Below, piece by piece: positions 1 through 9,178 of a stretch of 64,000 nt of DNA. Below the pieces are notes generated by a model, which was not told the DNA's origin, did not search any database, and saw only the letters and a list, made by a program, of their open reading frames with translations. Position 1 is the first letter of the stretch. The number at the start of each line of letters is the position of its first letter. Position numbers and translations under genes: made by a program. Origin of the DNA: Bdellovibrionota bacterium. GTDB taxonomy: Bacteria > Bdellovibrionota_C > UBA2361 > JAAYZI01. The stretch is from positions 1-64,000 of the forward strand of contig JBMNIF010000005.1 in assembly GCA_050950765.1 (NCBI GenBank). Reading direction: 5' to 3'.

Positions 1-1632
1 GGGCAAATCTTTTATCGCTTCTTTTTTTTGAAGGTCTTCCTCATCAGTTAATAAGATTTCATGCAACCCCTCAATAAACATCCTTGTTGATGGATCTAAA
101 GTCGTGCAAAGATCTCCATTCGTTAAAACTTTAGTAATGAAGTCCTCTTTTTTTGCCATAACGACATGCAGTAGCTCTTGATCAACTCTCGGCAATTCAG
201 AGATCTTTTTCTTAGTATAATTTATTTCATCTTGAGAGGTGGGTTGCGGAGGAACATACTTTTCAAGGCTCTCTTTCTGAGAAGATGTTACTGAAAAAGA
301 ATCTGATTTTATAGATCGCTTAAAATCTTCCGCATCAACCATTAAGCGATAAGCCGTTTTTTTTATCAGTTCATTACGTTCAATACTATTTCTTACATCC
401 TTTAAGACTTTAGCCATATCTTCAGCTACTCTAGCTTTTATGGTAGCTCCGATCTCTGTGCCTTTCTCTACACCATAGCCTTGCAAAAGAGAGTTTATAT
501 AACAATCTAATAACGAAACCGCTTCAGCTTTTAAAGTTTCGAAATAACTTTCAATCTTCTCTGAACCGTATTTGCGCGCAATCGAATCAGGATCTTCACC
601 TTGCGGTAAGAAAAGAGCTTGCGCTTCCATGCCTGAATTTAAAAATATCGTAAAAGATCTGGCAGCAGCAGTACGCCCTGCTTGATCGCCATCAAAAACA
701 ACGTATGCTTTAGGAAGGATCTTTGATATTCGATGCAATTGATTCTCTGTTAATGCAGTTCCACACGGCGCTACAACATTACGAATTCCGACCTTCCACA
801 AGCTAACAACATCCATATAACCTTCTACTAAGATAATATTGCGTTGTTCCTTAGCTGCTTTTAACGCTTGTGGAAGTGCATACAAAACTTTGTTCTTCTG
901 ATAGATCAGAGACTCGGGTGAATTGATATATTTGGGAGCTTGAGCAGTAAACTCATCGTCACCTAAAGTTGGAATTATTCGTCCGCCAAAAGCTGCAATA
1001 CGTTTATGTTCAACTACAATCGGGAAGATTAAACGTCCTCTAAAAGCATCGTAAAGCTCTCCTCTCTGATTTTTACGTGCCAATCCAGCAGAGATCATTA
1101 TCTCATCAGGAACACGGCGTGCCTGTAAAAAATTACACAACCCCGTCCACTGTAACGGCGAATATCCGATACCAAAGGTATCAATCAACTCTTTATCGAT
1201 TCCCCTGCTCTTCACATACTCAATAACTTTCGGCTCTGCCTTTAATAACGATTCCTTGAAATAACGAAAGGCTAGTTCATTAACTCGATATAAAGCCTTT
1301 TTTTGAGCGGAGGAGTTGTCTTGTTGTTTATTTCGGACGCTGTCGTAGATAATCTCGATCCCGGCACGCGCGGCAAGAAACTCCACTGCTTCCGGAAAAG
1401 AAAGGCCCTGAGTCTGCATAACAAACGAAAACACATTGCCGAAAGCACCACATCCATAACAACGATAAGTGTTATCACTTTCTCTTACAGTGAATGAAGG
1501 CGTTTTTTCCGAATGAAAGGGGCATAAGCCGACATAGTTACTACCACGTGCTTTAAGCGCAACACTCTCTCCTACGATATCAATGATACGTACTGTATCT
1601 TTTATTTTATCTATGGTGTGTTGACTGATCAT
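1..1632 (-). CDS. dnaG: DNA primase (partial, runs off window start)
   Basis: Manual translation from ATG at 1632 gives MISQHTIDKIKDTVRIIDIVGE...YVGLCPFHSEKTPSF...YRCYGCG (CHC2 zinc finger). Further on are YDAFRGRLIFP, KYINSPE, VEGYMD and FDGDQAG (TOPRIM). Absent from the ORF track because no stop lies in the window. Confidence 0.95.
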   Translation of the reverse strand, partial: MISQHTIDKIKDTVRIIDIVGESVALKARGSNYVGLCPFHSEKTPSFTVRESDNTYRCYGCGAFGNVFSFVMQTQGLSFPEAVEFLAARAGIEIIYDSVRNKQQDNSSAQKKALYRVNELAFRYFKESLLKAEPKVIEYVKSRGIDKELIDTFGIGYSPLQWTGLCNFLQARRVPDEIMISAGLARKNQRGELYDAFRGRLIFPIVVEHKRIAAFGGRIIPTLGDDEFTAQAPKYINSPESLIYQKNKVLYALPQALKAAKEQRNIILVEGYMDVVSLWKVGIRNVVAPCGTALTENQLHRISKILPKAYVVFDGDQAGRTAAARSFTIFLNSGMEAQALFLPQGEDPDSIARKYGSEKIESYFETLKAEAVSLLDCYINSLLQGYGVEKGTEIGATIKARVAEDMAKVLKDVRNSIERNELIKKTAYRLMVDAEDFKRSIKSDSFSVTSSQKESLEKYVPPQPTSQDEINYTKKKISELPRVDQELLHVVMAKKEDFITKVLTNGDLCTTLDPSTRMFIEGLHEILLTDEEDLQKKEAIKDLP

Positions 1633-1748
1633 CAGAAGTAGCCAGTAAAAAGATAAAAAATAATTAATATTTAAACATTAAAGCAATATCTTTATCTCTC
1701 AAAAAAATTAACTTTGCATTATCACAACACAACAGTTCTCTTGCACTT

Positions 1749-2240
1749 TCACTCTTGCGGTGTCCAATCGTAATCAATATAAATTTCCTGAATTTCATAT
1801 TCCTTATTTCCACCAGGTAATTTAGCAATAACTGTTTCGCCCTCTTCTTTTCCGATTAGAGCACGACCTAGCGGAGATTCGTATGAAATCCATCCTTTTG
1901 AGATATCACTCTCTTCACTGCCATAAATGCCAAGAACTTTTTCTTCACCAGAATCAACATCCTCAATACGAACAGTAACCCCAAAAGTAACTTTTTTGGG
2001 ATTTATGATATTTTTCGGATCAATAATCTCGACTTGTGAGAGAAGCGCCTCGCATTCTCTAATCTTGGCTTCTGTTATGCCCGAACGATTTTTAGCAGCA
2101 TCGTAGTCGCCATTCTCTGAGAGATCACCGTGCCCACGTGCTATCTCGATAGCCTTAGCTATTTCAGGACGCAACGCTTTTAGTTGGCGCAATTCTTCCC
2201 GCAAAGCAGCATGACCGCGGGGAGTCATTGTCTTTTTCAT
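1749..2240 (-). CDS. greA: Transcription elongation factor GreA
   Basis: GDLSENGDYDAAK and ISYESPLGRALIGK motifs. Confidence 0.96.
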   Translation of the reverse strand: MKKTMTPRGHAALREELRQLKALRPEIAKAIEIARGHGDLSENGDYDAAKNRSGITEAKIRECEALLSQVEIIDPKNIINPKKVTFGVTVRIEDVDSGEEKVLGIYGSEESDISKGWISYESPLGRALIGKEEGETVIAKLPGGNKEYEIQEIYIDYDWTPQE

Positions 2241-2525
2241 TATTTAAGCTCCTTAGCAACTGAAAGAAAACACCAACTTATCACTTGTGACAGAGAAGTC
2301 CAAGAGGTGTGCTTAAGCAATTTTAAAGGAATATCGATTTTTAAGTTTTTATCGCCGTTATCGTAGTAAAGAACATTTAGTACGGTAATAGTAGTGGAAC
2401 CTTTACCTTATATTATGACCTACTTCCTATTTACTTATGATGAAAAGATAATAAAATCTACAAAATATAAACTGACTGACTGACTATAAAAAACAATTGT
2501 CATTTAATTCATAAATTAGATATAT

Positions 2526-3599
2526 TTGAGGATTATGGAAAATCTTGAAAATATTAACATTCTATCCTTTAAAGAGATCCCAGCACCTCTTGAGATAAAA
2601 AAAGAGCTCCCTATTACGGATGATGTGGCAAATTTCGTGATATCATCAAGGGAGACAGTCAAAAATATACTCTTACGTAAAGACCCGCGAATTTTAATAA
2701 TTGTTGGCCCTTGTTCAATACACGATGAAAAAGCAGCTATAGATTATGCTAAACGGCTTAAAGCAGTAGCTTCGGAAATATCAAACAATATCTTCATTAT
2801 AATGCGTGTTTATTTTGAGAAACCTCGCACAACTATCGGTTGGAAAGGTTTCATAAACGACCCGTTTTTGAACGGCTCTTTTTGTATGGAAGAAGGTTTG
2901 CGCAGAGCAAGGCGTTTGATGATTGAAATTAATAAATTGGGGCTACCCGTTGCATCAGAAGCGTTAGATCCCTTCGTCCCGCAATATCTAGATGATCTCA
3001 TTACATGGACTGCCATAGGTGCTAGAACGGTGGAATCTCAAACGCATCGTGAGATGGCAAGCGGATTATCAACTCCAGTTGGTTTTAAAAACAGCACTGA
3101 CGGCTCCTTTCAACCGGCCTTAAATGCACTAAAGGCGGTTTCTGGTGGGCATCATTTTCTTGGAATTAATGAAGAAGGAAAGATCTGTGTTTGTCACACG
3201 AGAGGGAACACTTTTGCTCATATTGTTTTGCGCGGCGGCAGTAGACCTAACTATGACTCAGTCAGTATCGATATGTGTGAAGCAGAATTAGAGGCTAGTG
3301 GTCTGGCAAAAAATATAATGATCGATTGTAGCCACGATAATTCTTTTAAAAAGGCAGAATTGCAGATCCCTGTTTTAAGACATTGCCTTACACAGATTTT
3401 AGAGGGTAATCAATCTATTTTCGGATTTATGCTAGAGAGTAATTTGCACACCGGCAGTCAAAAATTAGAAACCAATCAAACACTACAATACGGAGTCTCT
3501 ATCACAGACGAATGTATCGGTTGGGATGAAACAGAAAAAATCTTATTAGAGGCTAATGAAAAGTTGAGCGAAACTCTCCTAGAACTTAGGGCTTCGTAA
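2526..3599 (+). CDS. aroG: DAHP synthase, class I-alpha (AroG/F/H family); start possibly ATG 2535
   Basis: GPCSIHD, RVYFEKPRTTIGWKG, IGARTVESQTHREMASG and DCSH motifs. Confidence 0.93.
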   Translation: MRIMENLENINILSFKEIPAPLEIKKELPITDDVANFVISSRETVKNILLRKDPRILIIVGPCSIHDEKAAIDYAKRLKAVASEISNNIFIIMRVYFEKPRTTIGWKGFINDPFLNGSFCMEEGLRRARRLMIEINKLGLPVASEALDPFVPQYLDDLITWTAIGARTVESQTHREMASGLSTPVGFKNSTDGSFQPALNALKAVSGGHHFLGINEEGKICVCHTRGNTFAHIVLRGGSRPNYDSVSIDMCEAELEASGLAKNIMIDCSHDNSFKKAELQIPVLRHCLTQILEGNQSIFGFMLESNLHTGSQKLETNQTLQYGVSITDECIGWDETEKILLEANEKLSETLLELRAS

Positions 3600-3669
3600 A
3601 TAATTTTGCGTAATCTGCTATTTCTGATTCTCGAGCTCAGACATTTTTTAAAAAGCTTCTAGCTGACAA

Positions 3670-4352
3670 TCTGGTGCCACCCTTCAGTTTTAGAGGCTTT
3701 TAGCACTGGTGGGTGGCACCAGATTTTAACCCCCGTAAAGATCTAACCGATCTGTTTTGTAGTCGCAGCCCGTTCAATCGTCCCTGAAGGGTGGCACCAG
3801 ATTCAAGCCCAGCTAAATCCCCAGATCCCGTCTTACTGGTGGGTGGCACCAAATTTTAACCCCCGTAGAGATCTAACCGATCTGTTTTGTAGTCGCAGCC
3901 CGTTCAATCGTCCCTGAAGGGTGGCACCAGATTCAAGCCCAGCTAAATCCCCAGATCCCGTCTTACTGGTGGGTGGCACCAAATTCGCCAAGCCTTAAAC
4001 TTCTACTAACATTTTGATATTATTAGCTGCGCTGGTGGGTGGCACCAAATTTTTAACCTCCGTAAAGACCTAACCGACCTGTTTTGTAGTCGCAGCCCGT
4101 TCAATCGTCCCTGAAGGGTGGCACCAGATTCAAGCCTAGCTAAATCCCCAGATCCCGTCTTACTGGTGGGTGGCACCAAATTTTTAGCCTCCGTAAAGGC
4201 CTAACCGACCTGTTTTGTAGTCGCAGCCCGTTCAATCGTCCCTGAAGGGTGGCACCAAATTTTAACCCCCGTAGAAACCTAACCGATCTGTTTTGCCGTA
4301 TCAGCCCGTCCAGCTGTCCCTGCGACGTTAGTTATGGTGCCACCCTTCAGTT
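3670..4352. repeat. Modular REP/BIME-like array 1 (9 forward GGGTGGCACCA cores, one inverted core at each end)
   Basis: Cores at about 3711, 3788, 3841, 3918, 3971, 4037, 4116, 4168 and 4247; inverted cores at about 3672 and 4336; a 130-bp unit is tandemly duplicated. Confidence 0.92.
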
Positions 4353-4403
4353 TTTCCCTTAGTTTTAAGGGCTAAGTTTACTCCTTTCAAACTACGACAT
4401 CAG

Positions 4404-4880
4404 TTATTTCTCAAACTTATATTCAATATTAAAGCTTCTACCAGAGCGGACTATTTCTAATGATCCGCCTCCTAGATCTTTCATCATATTAAGGTACTGC
4501 CAAAATATGGCTTGATTGGGTATGACGTATCCTCCAGCTGCAATAATCACATCAGCAGTTTTTAAACGTAACATCTCGTAAATCCCACCCTTTTGAACAT
4601 CAAAAACACGATATTCCGGTGGTGTTTTGAGACTTTTGTGACGGCTATAAAGTTCAACCAAACGGGCAGCATTGAGATTTCCCCCTTCAGCTAAAGCTTG
4701 TGCATATTTTTTTGCAGAGAGAGTAACCGTAACGGTTGTCGTATTTACATTAGCAGGTCTAAGTTCTGTAATTTTGACAGCACGCCCCTGCTCCCACGGC
4801 GGCAACTCTGTAAGATTTTTCGAAGCGCAAGCCGTAAAAAAAGATAGCGAAAAGAGTACAATTATAAGATTTTTCTCCAT
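4404..4880 (-). CDS. Lipoprotein with GspC-like PDZ domain
   Basis: Lipobox FTAC; C-terminal YRVFDVQKGGIYEMLRLKTADVII...LEIVRSG resembles the T2SS GspC PDZ domain. Confidence 0.55.
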   Translation of the reverse strand: MEKNLIIVLFSLSFFTACASKNLTELPPWEQGRAVKITELRPANVNTTTVTVTLSAKKYAQALAEGGNLNAARLVELYSRHKSLKTPPEYRVFDVQKGGIYEMLRLKTADVIIAAGGYVIPNQAIFWQYLNMMKDLGGGSLEIVRSGRSFNIEYKFEK

Positions 4881-4933
4881 ATTCTAAGCCTTAATATTTT
4901 AAATTTAAGATCATTTATCTAATAAATTATGAT

Positions 4934-5590
4934 CTAAATTTTACAGATATTTTCAAGAGCGCATCTATCCAAGCGCTTTAATTTACACCGTTCTGCTGTA
5001 ACGATAGATAAGATCTGTTGATATGTTTCATCAAGACTATTGTTTATTAAAAAATAATCAACCATCCCGCTGAAAGCGCCATCCCCTTTTTGAGCTTCTA
5101 GTAGAGAAGCAAACTCACCCTGAGCAGTATTTAAACGTTTTAGGAACTCTTCTTCTGAGATTGCAGCTCTTGCCTTTAAACGTTCCTTTAAAACATCGGC
5201 AGATGGCGGCGTGAGGAAGACAACAACGGTATGTTGCGGGAAGCCTCGTTTAAAAGAAAAAGCGCCTTTTATATCGATATCAAGCAGAAGATCTCTTCCC
5301 GCCTTTAAAGCATTCTCTACTGACGATAAGCGCGTTCCATAACAATTGCCGTGAACTTCTTCCCATTCAAAGAGCTCATTATTTTTTACTGCCTGCATAA
5401 AGACATCACGAGAAACGAACTCATAACTTTCTCCATTTCTTTCACCGTCCCTCGGTGGTCTAGTTGTTAAAGAAACAGAGAAAGAAAAGTTAGAATCGTC
5501 CTTTAAAAGGCGGTTGGCATAAGTTGTTTTGCCACCACCAGAGGGTCCCACAAAGCAAAGTAACATACCGTTACGTTTCATATATTCCAC
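4934..5590 (-). CDS. gmk: Guanylate kinase
   Basis: GPSGGGKT P-loop, TTRPPRDGE, HGNCYGT; next to yicC. Confidence 0.96.
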   Translation of the reverse strand: MEYMKRNGMLLCFVGPSGGGKTTYANRLLKDDSNFSFSVSLTTRPPRDGERNGESYEFVSRDVFMQAVKNNELFEWEEVHGNCYGTRLSSVENALKAGRDLLLDIDIKGAFSFKRGFPQHTVVVFLTPPSADVLKERLKARAAISEEEFLKRLNTAQGEFASLLEAQKGDGAFSGMVDYFLINNSLDETYQQILSIVTAERCKLKRLDRCALENICKI

Positions 5591-5597
5591 ATCTCCC

Positions 5598-6497
5598 CTA
5601 TTCTATATTTTGAAGCTGTTCTCTAACTTTTTCCAAACACGCTTTGGCTGAAACTGTAAGTGCTTGAACTTCGGCAGATTGTGCTTTTGAGGCGATTGTA
5701 TTGAACTCTCTACCGCATTCTTGAATAAGAAATTCAATAGTCCTCCCGTTGGGAGTATTTTCCGCTGCAAGCATGATCTGATCAAAATGACTGCGTAATC
5801 GTGTAAGCTCTTCCGAAATATCAACTCGGTCGGCAAAGATCGCAACCTCCGCTGCTAGGCGTTGTGGATCGATATCTAAATCAGGGGAAAGTTTTAAAAG
5901 CCGTTCTAAGAGCTTTTTTTGGTAATTTTCTGGAGTGTTTTCTGATTTTTCTTTAATCTGGGTTCTTAAACATTCTAACTGCGTTAAATGATTTGAGAGA
6001 TCTCGTGCAAGAGCTTCACCTTCTTTTAAGCGCATCACTAAAACACCTTGCAAAGCTTCCTTTATAGTAGAAAAGAGGAGCTCTTCCTCTACTTCAGTTT
6101 CTATATTTTCTTCAGTAAAATCTACAATATCTCTTTTTGCTAAAAGACTTTGTATGAATAGTTTATCAGAGGCTGAATCTACCATATTCGATGGGCAAAA
6201 CTCTTCTGATAATGATCGATAGAGATTAATGTAAGCATCAAAGAGAGGACGATTTAAGTTAAGTTGGCAAGTTTGCGCCAAGCAAAGCTGTTTTGTAACA
6301 CACAGGTCTACCCTTCCTCGTTTTAACGTTTCTGCAATAAGGCGCTGTATCTCTAATTCGTATTTAGAATATTCGCGTGGTAACTTTATGTTAAAATCTA
6401 GATATCTGCTATTCACCGTACGAATCTCAACAGCGAGAGAAACATTAGCTTTTTTTTGAGATGACTGTCCAAAACCAGTCATGCTAACGATCTTCAC
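5598..6497 (-). CDS. yicC: YicC/YloC family endoribonuclease
   Basis: SMTGFG, EIRTVNSRYLD, DISEELTRL, QECGREFNTIASK and REQLQNIE motifs. Confidence 0.93.
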   Translation of the reverse strand: MKIVSMTGFGQSSQKKANVSLAVEIRTVNSRYLDFNIKLPREYSKYELEIQRLIAETLKRGRVDLCVTKQLCLAQTCQLNLNRPLFDAYINLYRSLSEEFCPSNMVDSASDKLFIQSLLAKRDIVDFTEENIETEVEEELLFSTIKEALQGVLVMRLKEGEALARDLSNHLTQLECLRTQIKEKSENTPENYQKKLLERLLKLSPDLDIDPQRLAAEVAIFADRVDISEELTRLRSHFDQIMLAAENTPNGRTIEFLIQECGREFNTIASKAQSAEVQALTVSAKACLEKVREQLQNIE

Positions 6498-7510
6498 TAT
6501 TCTAGATCCTCAATCTTTGCGATAAGTTTTACAGCATCAACAGGTACAGTTCCCACTTCAGAAACAACCACTCCGGCGGCGATATTAGCAAGATTTCCGG
6601 CGGTACTAAGGTCAGTACCAGCGGTTAAAGCTGCTGCAAGGATAGCCGTAACGGTATCTCCAGCACCACTCACATCAAAAACATCACGTGCAACAGTTTC
6701 TAAAAATATTGGCGCTTTTTCGCCCCTTTTTAGGATAATCATACCATCTTCACCTAACGTGATTACCATCATTTCGGCATGCCAAAGATCAATTAGTTTT
6801 TTAGCTGCAATAAAAGCTTCCTCTTGATTAGTAATTTTCATGTTAGCAGCTTTTTCCGCTTCTTTACGATTCGGTTTTGCTACGCCAACGGTTTTATAGA
6901 GAGGATAGTTGTCGGGGTGCGGATCAAGGAAAATTGGCTTAGATGAGAGACCGAGTTCTCCTTTTTTTTGCAATATTTCGAGCTTCTCGATAAGGGTGTT
7001 TGACATTACCCCTTTGGCATAATCTGAAATGATTATGAAATCAGCCTTTTTTATAGAAGCTTCTACTAAGGCGGCAAAGCCTTCACAGAGTGCTGGAGAA
7101 TGTTGACCTTTTACCTCTCGGTCGATACGCATCATCTGTTGATTGCGAGCGATAACTCTAGTCTTAATCGAAGTTGGGCGACTGCGATCTACTAACAAGC
7201 CATCAATCGCTACGTTTTCTGATTTTAAAAGATTAAAGACGATTTTACCTTCTCCATCATCGCCGACAAACCCACAAAGATCGACATTTACACCAACGGC
7301 GCGTAAATTTCGAACTACATTAGCAGCACCCCCCAAGCGATCCTCTCGCACAGTTTCACTAACAACAGGAACAGGTGCTTCTGGAGAGATCCTATCGGTA
7401 TCTCCCCAAATATATCGATCTAAAATAACATCACCTATCACGAGAGCGTGCAGGTTTTTCATTTTATCTAAAGCTTCAAGTAACTTCTGTTTTTTTGGCG
7501 ATGTTTCCAC
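6497..7510 (-). CDS. rfaE1: Heptose 7-phosphate kinase (stand-alone HldE/RfaE domain I)
   Basis: GDVILDRY..RISPEAPVPVV, GGAANV and DVSGAGDTV (PfkB) motifs. Confidence 0.9.
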   Translation of the reverse strand: METSPKKQKLLEALDKMKNLHALVIGDVILDRYIWGDTDRISPEAPVPVVSETVREDRLGGAANVVRNLRAVGVNVDLCGFVGDDGEGKIVFNLLKSENVAIDGLLVDRSRPTSIKTRVIARNQQMMRIDREVKGQHSPALCEGFAALVEASIKKADFIIISDYAKGVMSNTLIEKLEILQKKGELGLSSKPIFLDPHPDNYPLYKTVGVAKPNRKEAEKAANMKITNQEEAFIAAKKLIDLWHAEMMVITLGEDGMIILKRGEKAPIFLETVARDVFDVSGAGDTVTAILAAALTAGTDLSTAGNLANIAAGVVVSEVGTVPVDAVKLIAKIEDLE

Positions 7511-7564
7511 TTAAAAAACTCCTTTGTTTTTATAAAATAACGAGCCAATCTTTGCATAAGCACG

Positions 7565-7830
7565 TTTTTGGTGCCACCCTTCTTTTAGCCTTTAAATTCA
7601 AGCTTGTCACTGGTGCCACCCTTCAGGGACAACTGAACGGGCTGGGACTGCAAACGGATCAGCTAGATCTTCACGGGGGTAAACTGGTGCCACCCTTCAG
7701 GGACAACCGAACGGGCTGGAACTGCAAAACGGATCAGCTAGGTCTTCACGAGGGTTAAAAAACTGGAAAAACTGGTGCCACCCTTCTTTTCTTTTTCTAA
7801 CACCATCCTCACACTAAAGGGTGGCACCAA
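7565..7830. repeat. REP-like array on the left flank of the RAYT gene (4 inverted cores + 1 forward core)
   Basis: TGGTGCCACCC at about 7569, 7611, 7685 and 7773; GGGTGGCACCA at about 7818; module A present in reverse. Confidence 0.9.
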
Positions 7831-7902
7831 TCCCAATCTCCAAACTTTTTTCATTTTTACCCACAATAAAATCCCAACTCTAGCGACAATTAGGCGTTAG
7901 AA

Positions 7903-7939
7903 TTTGGCAATCCTGCCAAACTAACTGGCAATTCTGCCA
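7903..7939. promoter_or_regulatory. Tandem TGGCA-N4-TGCCA palindromes upstream of the RAYT gene
   Basis: TTTGGCA-ATCC-TGCCAAA (7903-7920) and TGGCA-ATTC-TGCCA (7926-7939). Confidence 0.45.
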
Positions 7940-7977
7940 ATTTATTGATTATTTTTATTTTTATCTGGAGTTGTCTT

Positions 7978-8946
7978 ATGAGAAATCGTCGAGATAGGAG
8001 AAATCCTAATAAAATGGTGGTACATGTCACCAATAGAACATTATCTGGCTTGCCATTTCTAGCACGCCTTTTTATGAAATGGATCCTGTTAGGGATTATG
8101 GCTCGTTGCCAAGAGCACCATCGTGTTAGAATTGCTCATTTTAATTGGATGAGTAACCACTTTCACATGATATTAGTTGGTGAAGGAAAGCACATCTCTT
8201 CATTTATGGGAGAGATGGAAAGTGCAGTTGCACGTGCTATTAAGAAACTAACGCCGCAATATAGGAGAAACGTTTGGGATGGACGTTTTAAGGAGCAACG
8301 TTTGTTAACTCATAATGATGTTATCGATAAGATAGTCTATATTTATATAAATCCTGTAAAAGCAGGACTCGTTGCACATGCTGATGATTGGGAAGGGTGT
8401 AGTAGTTTTAGAATGTATAAATCAGGTTCTTTAACAGTGCAGGGTAAGTATACCTCTTCTACTAATTTACGTAAGTTACCGCAGAGACTTCATAAAATAA
8501 GCGATGCTATTTTATTAAAAATGCTTAATATGTTTCCGCACACTTGTCATGAGCTTAAGATTACCCCTGATGCTTGGAAGAATTGTTTTGAAGAATCAAA
8601 AAACCTTACGTCTGAAGAGATCTTTAAAACAATAATGACAGAGATTTCAAAAAGGGAAGAAGAGATTGCACTTGAAAGGAAGGGGCATTTTATGGGGATG
8701 CGTAAAGTGCAGCAGCAATCGATAAATATTGCGTATGTACCTAAGAAGAAGACGCGTACGCCGTATTTAATTTGTTGGATTAAGGAGTTACGGATAAAAG
8801 CGATAGCAGAATATAAGGCTTTTTGTGAAGAGTGTAGAAAGGCTTGGAAGAAGTGGAAGCAAGGTGATATTTCAGCTAAGTTTGTTTATGGGGCATTTCG
8901 TCCGAGTATGCCTATTGTAGGTAGGCTTTGCGGGGTGGCGACCTGA
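7978..8946 (+). CDS. REP-associated-type tyrosine transposase (RAYT/TnpA-REP, Y1 HUH superfamily) with long C-terminal extension
   Basis: HVTNRT, MSNHFHMIL (HUH), VWDGRF and YIYINPVKAGLV (catalytic Tyr) motifs; GGAG RBS before ATG 7978; no tnpB nearby; flanked by repeat cores. Confidence 0.88.
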   Translation: MRNRRDRRNPNKMVVHVTNRTLSGLPFLARLFMKWILLGIMARCQEHHRVRIAHFNWMSNHFHMILVGEGKHISSFMGEMESAVARAIKKLTPQYRRNVWDGRFKEQRLLTHNDVIDKIVYIYINPVKAGLVAHADDWEGCSSFRMYKSGSLTVQGKYTSSTNLRKLPQRLHKISDAILLKMLNMFPHTCHELKITPDAWKNCFEESKNLTSEEIFKTIMTEISKREEEIALERKGHFMGMRKVQQQSINIAYVPKKKTRTPYLICWIKELRIKAIAEYKAFCEECRKAWKKWKQGDISAKFVYGAFRPSMPIVGRLCGVAT

Positions 8947-9157
8947 AAAAAGTAATGTAAAAAAGCTGCTTTTTTGACCCGATAATAATATGAAATCTAA
9001 ATTTCAACAGGGAAGATCTATCTAAAATCTGAAAATAGTCAATTAATTGTAAATTGTAGTATCAAATTTAAGGAAATTTAAGGTGAGTTAAGCTTGCTGA
9101 CAGCAGCATAAGGAGAAAAAAGGCTGTCAGAAGAGTAAAAACAGCAACGCAGGTCGT

Positions 9158-9174
9158 ACTGGTGGGTGGCACCA
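9158..9174 (+). repeat. Single REP-like core on the right flank of the RAYT gene
   Basis: ACTGGTGGGTGGCACCA (TGGTG/CACCA hairpin), 4 nt from the wzm stop codon. Confidence 0.85.
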
Positions 9175-9178
9175 GGGA

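Noticed and set aside
1272..1497. Small ORFs suggesting a broken dnaG
   Set aside because: These are alternative-frame ORFs. The dnaG frame from 1632 reads through this region and is missing from the track only because it leaves the window.
4031..4038. Core flank resembles the E. coli Chi site GCTGGTGG
   Set aside because: I noticed only one exact match in the arrays. The motif is clustered intergenically in both orientations, unlike dispersed, strand-biased Chi sites.
7978..8946. IS200/IS605 TnpA assignment
   Set aside because: At about 320 aa it is far longer than TnpA, it has the RAYT-type NPVKAGLV motif, and no tnpB is adjacent.
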